A DNA stretch of 9,744 bases, taken from IMG/VR virus record IMGVR_UViG_3300026224_000017; one strand, given 5' to 3'. Positions within the stretch are counted from its first letter, which is position 1. Each line of letters opens with the position of its first letter. This stretch comes from a virus (Duplodnaviria; Heunggongvirae; Uroviricota; Caudoviricetes). Shown here piece after piece: positions 6,028 through 9,744 of the stretch. Position numbers and translations under genes: made by a program. The notes beneath the pieces were generated by a model that was given only the letters and a program-made list of their open reading frames with translations, was not told the DNA's origin and ran no database searches.

Positions 6028-7034
6028 TACACCCTCGCCCAGTTCTCAGCATATGCCTCAAATACCGTCACCCAGGCATCGCCATCGGCTGTCAGATACG
6101 AACCAATGTGTCTGACCGATTTCACAAGAAATTTCCCGGTGAACGTGGTCGAATTTTTTGCGATAACGCTGGGTGCCGTTGTATTAGCCATCACAATCGA
6201 CGCAGCACCTGAATATAGCCCCTCCGGCAGTTTAACCACATCACCACATCTGATATCGCCCCTCATAGGGCATTTGAAGCTGACGGTAAACGGCGCTATC
6301 CATGTCGGCTGCCCGACCAGTTCATGGGCATGAATTGTTTTTGGCTCACCCCACTTTGCCGATGCGTTATCGTAGATTCGTATTCTGTCGGAAAGAATAC
6401 TGATGGCGATTCCGCTGTATTTCTCATCGCGCATCATTGCAATTGAAGCACTACGGAGGACCATAGCCAGCGAACCAATATCTTCGTAGGTTCCATTCCA
6501 CGGTTCCGGCAAAACGAGGCTGTCGCTGACAGTACAATCGATCAACTTATTCGGAAATGCCTTTTGCAACGCACGGGAGATTACATCACCAACCTTTTCC
6601 CCTTTAAGCCCCTCCCCCTCGATAGAGAACGGTTTACCATCATCTGTTTTGCGTACGGTTGGATTTATTACCAGGTTTAAGGTCTGGTTCGTGCCGATCC
6701 AGTTGGCATAGGCCAGATAAATTTCGCCATAAATAACCTCACCCTGTTGCTGTGGATTTGCCAAAGGCAATCCCTCAACAAAGCCCGCTTTCATACGGAC
6801 CAGACACCCCTGCAAACTCACGCTTTGCTTCAGCATGTCGATAGGCAAACCGTATATTGTGAGCATCGTTCCTGAATTCACTACATCAAGACCCGCTACC
6901 TCCACATCAAATTCAACATGTAGCCCACACCCGGGGGTTTTACTGGTATCAAAAGGCCCGATAGGTTTACCGTTGCAATCCACTGGCGGCTTGCCTGTTT
7001 TAGGATTGATGATTTCCAGTCGGTAATAGCGCAT
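6027..7034 (-). CDS. Tail protein in the baseplate hub position (gpD-like by gene order), 335 aa
   Basis: Translationally coupled to both neighbours (TAATG overlap at 7034, 1-nt overlap at 6027). It sits immediately upstream of the spike gene, as hub proteins do. The assignment is positional; I cannot confirm family membership by eye. Confidence 0.45.
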   Translation of the reverse strand: MRYYRLEIINPKTGKPPVDCNGKPIGPFDTSKTPGCGLHVEFDVEVAGLDVVNSGTMLTIYGLPIDMLKQSVSLQGCLVRMKAGFVEGLPLANPQQQGEVIYGEIYLAYANWIGTNQTLNLVINPTVRKTDDGKPFSIEGEGLKGEKVGDVISRALQKAFPNKLIDCTVSDSLVLPEPWNGTYEDIGSLAMVLRSASIAMMRDEKYSGIAISILSDRIRIYDNASAKWGEPKTIHAHELVGQPTWIAPFTVSFKCPMRGDIRCGDVVKLPEGLYSGAASIVMANTTAPSVIAKNSTTFTGKFLVKSVRHIGSYLTADGDAWVTVFEAYAENWARV

Positions 7035-7300
7035 TACGAAACCTCAAACTGATTAGAACTTTCACGAAAAACGAGTTTCCCCGGCGAGCAAGGCAGCGCC
7101 AGATTGATGTCGTAATTGTCAGGTGACGCGATCAACGGTGTGTACACAATCACGTCGCCAGAACTGTCTTTCAGTTCCAGATAGTAACGATTTGCATACA
7201 GATTAAACGGAACGCGGGCGAATGTTTCATATTTTCCGATTCTGGCCGTGAACTGAAACGGACCTCGCCCGTCCGGTTTGAAAGGAATTAACGTTGTCAT
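7034..7300 (-). CDS. Small tail protein (gpX-like position), 88 aa
   Basis: ATGA overlap with the upstream gene and TAATG overlap with the downstream gene. Small protein between tape-measure-proximal and hub genes, as in P2-type tails. No clear LysM motif seen. Confidence 0.4.
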   Translation of the reverse strand: MTTLIPFKPDGRGPFQFTARIGKYETFARVPFNLYANRYYLELKDSSGDVIVYTPLIASPDNYDINLALPCSPGKLVFRESSNQFEVS

Positions 7301-7965
7301 AAGCCAATACCAAACTCCTGCACGACCTGGTTCTTAATACCTGACCACGATAGCGGACCGTCTGACGGCATCCCTTTATCAAATTTATCCAGAACGCTCG
7401 CCAGCGTCTTTACTGTTTGTTCGACAGATGACAATGGTTGCTCAAATTCAATCTGCCAGGTGTGCTGCACTTGCTTGTTCTGCTCAGAGAAACCGGATGT
7501 ATCGATAAACGACCGCATCAGGCAACGCGTATAGATAAACGACGGAGTCAGAACGGTGTAACAACCGCCATACTGGTTATGCATATCAAGCGCCATTTTC
7601 AGCGCCGTGAACGTCATTCCCTTCGTGGTGTAGCCACCGTCCTCCGTTGATGCCGGACGGATCATCTGCATGACTACCCGGTTAGGCTTCCTGACGGTCG
7701 CATTCGCTGCCGTTACCTGGTTATAGAAATTCAGGTTGCAGATATCCTGCTGGACCAGCGTTGTCCCGGCCATTGGCGTGAATGCCGCCATCGAGCGTGT
7801 ACGAATCTCTCCATGCAGCAGACCGTTCGCGATGCTTAGTCCTTCGGTCAGAACAGCAATCGGCATCACCCCGCCAGGAATTTTCGACGCTATGCCATCA
7901 ACTAAAAGAATGGGCGAAACTTCAAACGCCAGTTTGAAAGCTTGTCCAAAGTAATTAAGTGACAT
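7297..7965 (-). CDS. Tail protein (gpU-like position), 222 aa
   Basis: Starts 3 nt after the stop of the SLT-domain gene and overlaps the next gene by ATGA. Function inferred from gene order only. Confidence 0.4.
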   Translation of the reverse strand: MSLNYFGQAFKLAFEVSPILLVDGIASKIPGGVMPIAVLTEGLSIANGLLHGEIRTRSMAAFTPMAGTTLVQQDICNLNFYNQVTAANATVRKPNRVVMQMIRPASTEDGGYTTKGMTFTALKMALDMHNQYGGCYTVLTPSFIYTRCLMRSFIDTSGFSEQNKQVQHTWQIEFEQPLSSVEQTVKTLASVLDKFDKGMPSDGPLSWSGIKNQVVQEFGIGL

Positions 7966-7968
7966 CTT

Positions 7969-9441
7969 TTACCCCGGTATTTGTTGCGTTCCGGCGAGTT
8001 GTGCCAGTATGTCGGAACCCGGCGATTGTCGCACCTGAAGCTCAATTATTGCGCGGGCATTTTTGCCAGCACCCTGAAGATTATCTCTGGCATTTCTTAG
8101 CTGATTCATAATACCAGGGTGTTGATCCAGGGCTCCCTGAATCTGAGGCAATAATTTAATTAAATATTTTACAGTCTCCATTCTCAAACTTAGATTTCCA
8201 TCTCTATCAATACGACCTCCGTTATATGCCGTAAGCATTTTTGCCACATCGCCTTTATAACGCCGATTCAGATCATTTAAAAAGCGGCCAGCCGCAAGAG
8301 TGGATTTATTTGGGTCATAAACATCATCACCCACCAGACCATACTGTTTTGCGGTGCTATCCCAGAATTGCCACAACCCCTTAGCGAATCTACCTTTTTC
8401 ATCAGGAGTTCCTCTTGCCAGAGGATTCCACGAAGATTCAACTTCTGCGATAGCTGACATCATATTTTTAGGAAGTCGATAAGTATTATTGGCTTGCTCT
8501 ACAAAGTTCTGAATATTTCTCTTTAAATCATTAGGCATACGGTAATTTTTATATACATCATCCTGTTTATAAAACTCACCCGTATACTGATTTGTCATCG
8601 GGTTTGCTCCCGGCAACGCACCACCGAGATATTTATTTCCAAATGCCGCAAGAACTGGATCTGCCTGTTCAGCACCAACTCCGGTTCCGGGGAGATATTT
8701 ATCTTCCCCACCGATCCATTTGATAGCTGACCATATTGCTTTTGCAATCCGGCTCACCGCCAGAGAAAAATCGTCAAGATCATTTTTAAATTGTTCGCTA
8801 TTCAGCCACTTACCAAGTTTCTCCAGCCCTTCGCCAGCCTCAGCGAGAATTTTCTGAAAATTTCCACCATTCAGAAAACCTTCAATATTGGATGTCAGCC
8901 CATCAGATGCACCTGTGATTAGTGGGTTATATCTGGCGAGAGCTGCATACCAGGAATTTGATATTCTGTTTCCATTTACCATCAGGTTACTCACCGTATC
9001 CTGATAACCTGACTGCATAGCTGGCGTGAGGTAAGCACCGAGCAACCTAGTATTTGATGCAAATTTCTCGTTCAGTTGGGGGATCTTGTCCAGATTCGCT
9101 TCCACCTGGTTAGTTGTCGCGACATCAACAAATCCAAGCCCTTGTCCGTTGAGAATCCCCTGAGTAAGTCCTGAACCTTTATATTGCTTAACGAGAGATG
9201 CAAGCGCGCTCATAAGTTTGGGCAGATTCTTTGCTGCACCATCTCGAGGATCAATTCCAAGACTGACCAGACCAGCATAGTTTGGATCATTTGGATTTTT
9301 CTGTGCGTTCGCCAGATGCTGAACCAGTTCTTCTGTGCCAGAAAAATATGGCGAATAGGTGGCACGTGCGGCCTGCATCTGTGCGGTTTCCATACCCAGC
9401 CCCTGAGCCACGCTGTATTGCGCTGCAACCTTGCTCGCCAT
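7969..9441 (-). CDS. Tail-associated protein with lytic transglycosylase (SLT) domain, probably tape measure or tail lysin; at least 490 aa
   Basis: Clear SLT catalytic region AIAEVESSWNP ... GLWQFWDSTA ... TAYNGG (approximately 8200-8480), verified by back-translation. The first ATG is at 9441, but the same frame stays open upstream to 9651 (about 70 more codons) with no canonical start codon. Confidence 0.7.
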   Translation of the reverse strand: MASKVAAQYSVAQGLGMETAQMQAARATYSPYFSGTEELVQHLANAQKNPNDPNYAGLVSLGIDPRDGAAKNLPKLMSALASLVKQYKGSGLTQGILNGQGLGFVDVATTNQVEANLDKIPQLNEKFASNTRLLGAYLTPAMQSGYQDTVSNLMVNGNRISNSWYAALARYNPLITGASDGLTSNIEGFLNGGNFQKILAEAGEGLEKLGKWLNSEQFKNDLDDFSLAVSRIAKAIWSAIKWIGGEDKYLPGTGVGAEQADPVLAAFGNKYLGGALPGANPMTNQYTGEFYKQDDVYKNYRMPNDLKRNIQNFVEQANNTYRLPKNMMSAIAEVESSWNPLARGTPDEKGRFAKGLWQFWDSTAKQYGLVGDDVYDPNKSTLAAGRFLNDLNRRYKGDVAKMLTAYNGGRIDRDGNLSLRMETVKYLIKLLPQIQGALDQHPGIMNQLRNARDNLQGAGKNARAIIELQVRQSPGSDILAQLAGTQQIPG

Positions 9442-9666
9442 ATATCCGTACCCGAAAGCACCGACCGAACCAAGCGCCGCAATTTTGCTCCCCCAGGATA
9501 CAGTCGTTTTAAACAGCGTTTTCAGTCGTGAATTGGTCGTTTTAAGCGTTGAATTGATCTGCTTGTAAGTTTTCAGCGTCCCCTGAGCGTTTTTACCCAG
9601 ACTACTGAGATACTTATCAAATGAACCGCCCCGGGTTTCCTGGAGAGTGTTTTATCTGTGAACTCA

Positions 9667-9744
9667 GGCTGCCAGATCAGTATTTCCGATGGAAGCATAA
9701 TAAGCTTTTTCTGCTTCTGCCGGAGGAATATGGCCCAGCCTTTC
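9667..9744 (-). CDS. C-terminal end of an upstream tail-module gene (partial; start lies beyond the right edge)
   Basis: Open frame from the window edge ending ...AEKAYYASIGNTDLAA at TGA (9666-9664), followed in the same frame by a second stop TAA (9654-9652). Identity unknown; tape measure N-part or tail chaperone are the candidates. Confidence 0.35.

Noticed and set aside
6021-7954. Five short plus-strand ORFs (6021-6212, 6106-6333, 6835-7026, 7438-7650, 7736-7954)
   Set aside because: All are antisense to tightly coupled minus-strand tail genes; no RBS or promoter context.
9184-9531. Three overlapping ORFs in other frames (plus 115 aa, plus 76 aa, minus 90 aa)
   Set aside because: They overlap the SLT-domain gene and its open upstream frame, and their products are low-complexity and basic. 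Treated as spurious.
9652-9666. Programmed frameshift or stop read-through joining the upstream gene to the SLT gene
   Set aside because: The two ORFs are in the same frame, separated by two stops (TGA then TAA), with no overlap and no slippery sequence seen. Truncation or an unusual start is more plausible.
1-9744. Searches by eye for CRISPR repeats, tRNA-like structures, IS terminal inverted repeats, integrase/transposase ORFs and LexA boxes (CTGT-N8-ACAG)
   Set aside because: None found. The only CTGT...CAG arrangement is the hairpin at 5244-5275, and the only repeated short sequences are inside coding regions or the promoter region described above.

Overview
This window is most of the tail and baseplate module of a contractile-tailed (Mu/P2-like) prophage, encoded on the minus strand, interrupted by two accessory insertions. 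Reading right to left on the minus strand: a C-terminal fragment of an upstream tail gene, a ~490-aa protein with a clear lytic transglycosylase (SLT) domain, three tail proteins of 222, 88 and 335 aa (the gpU/gpX/gpD labels are positional only), a gpV-like spike, a gp25/W-like wedge protein, a baseplate J-like protein, an I-like protein and the N-terminal 295 codons of a tail fiber. Most tail genes are translationally coupled (ATGA or TAATG overlaps). The first insertion (4864-5313) lies between spike and W: a strong GC-rich hairpin plus two tightly coupled small single-helix membrane peptides. The second (2721-4537) lies between W and J: an AT-rich island with a membrane-anchored protein, a secreted protein, a shared bidirectional terminator, a divergent promoter region and an AntA-type antirepressor-like gene whose 3' end overlaps the W stop. 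No rRNA, tRNA, CRISPR array, transposase or integrase is evident. All family assignments rest on motifs and gene order read by eye; no similarity search was run.
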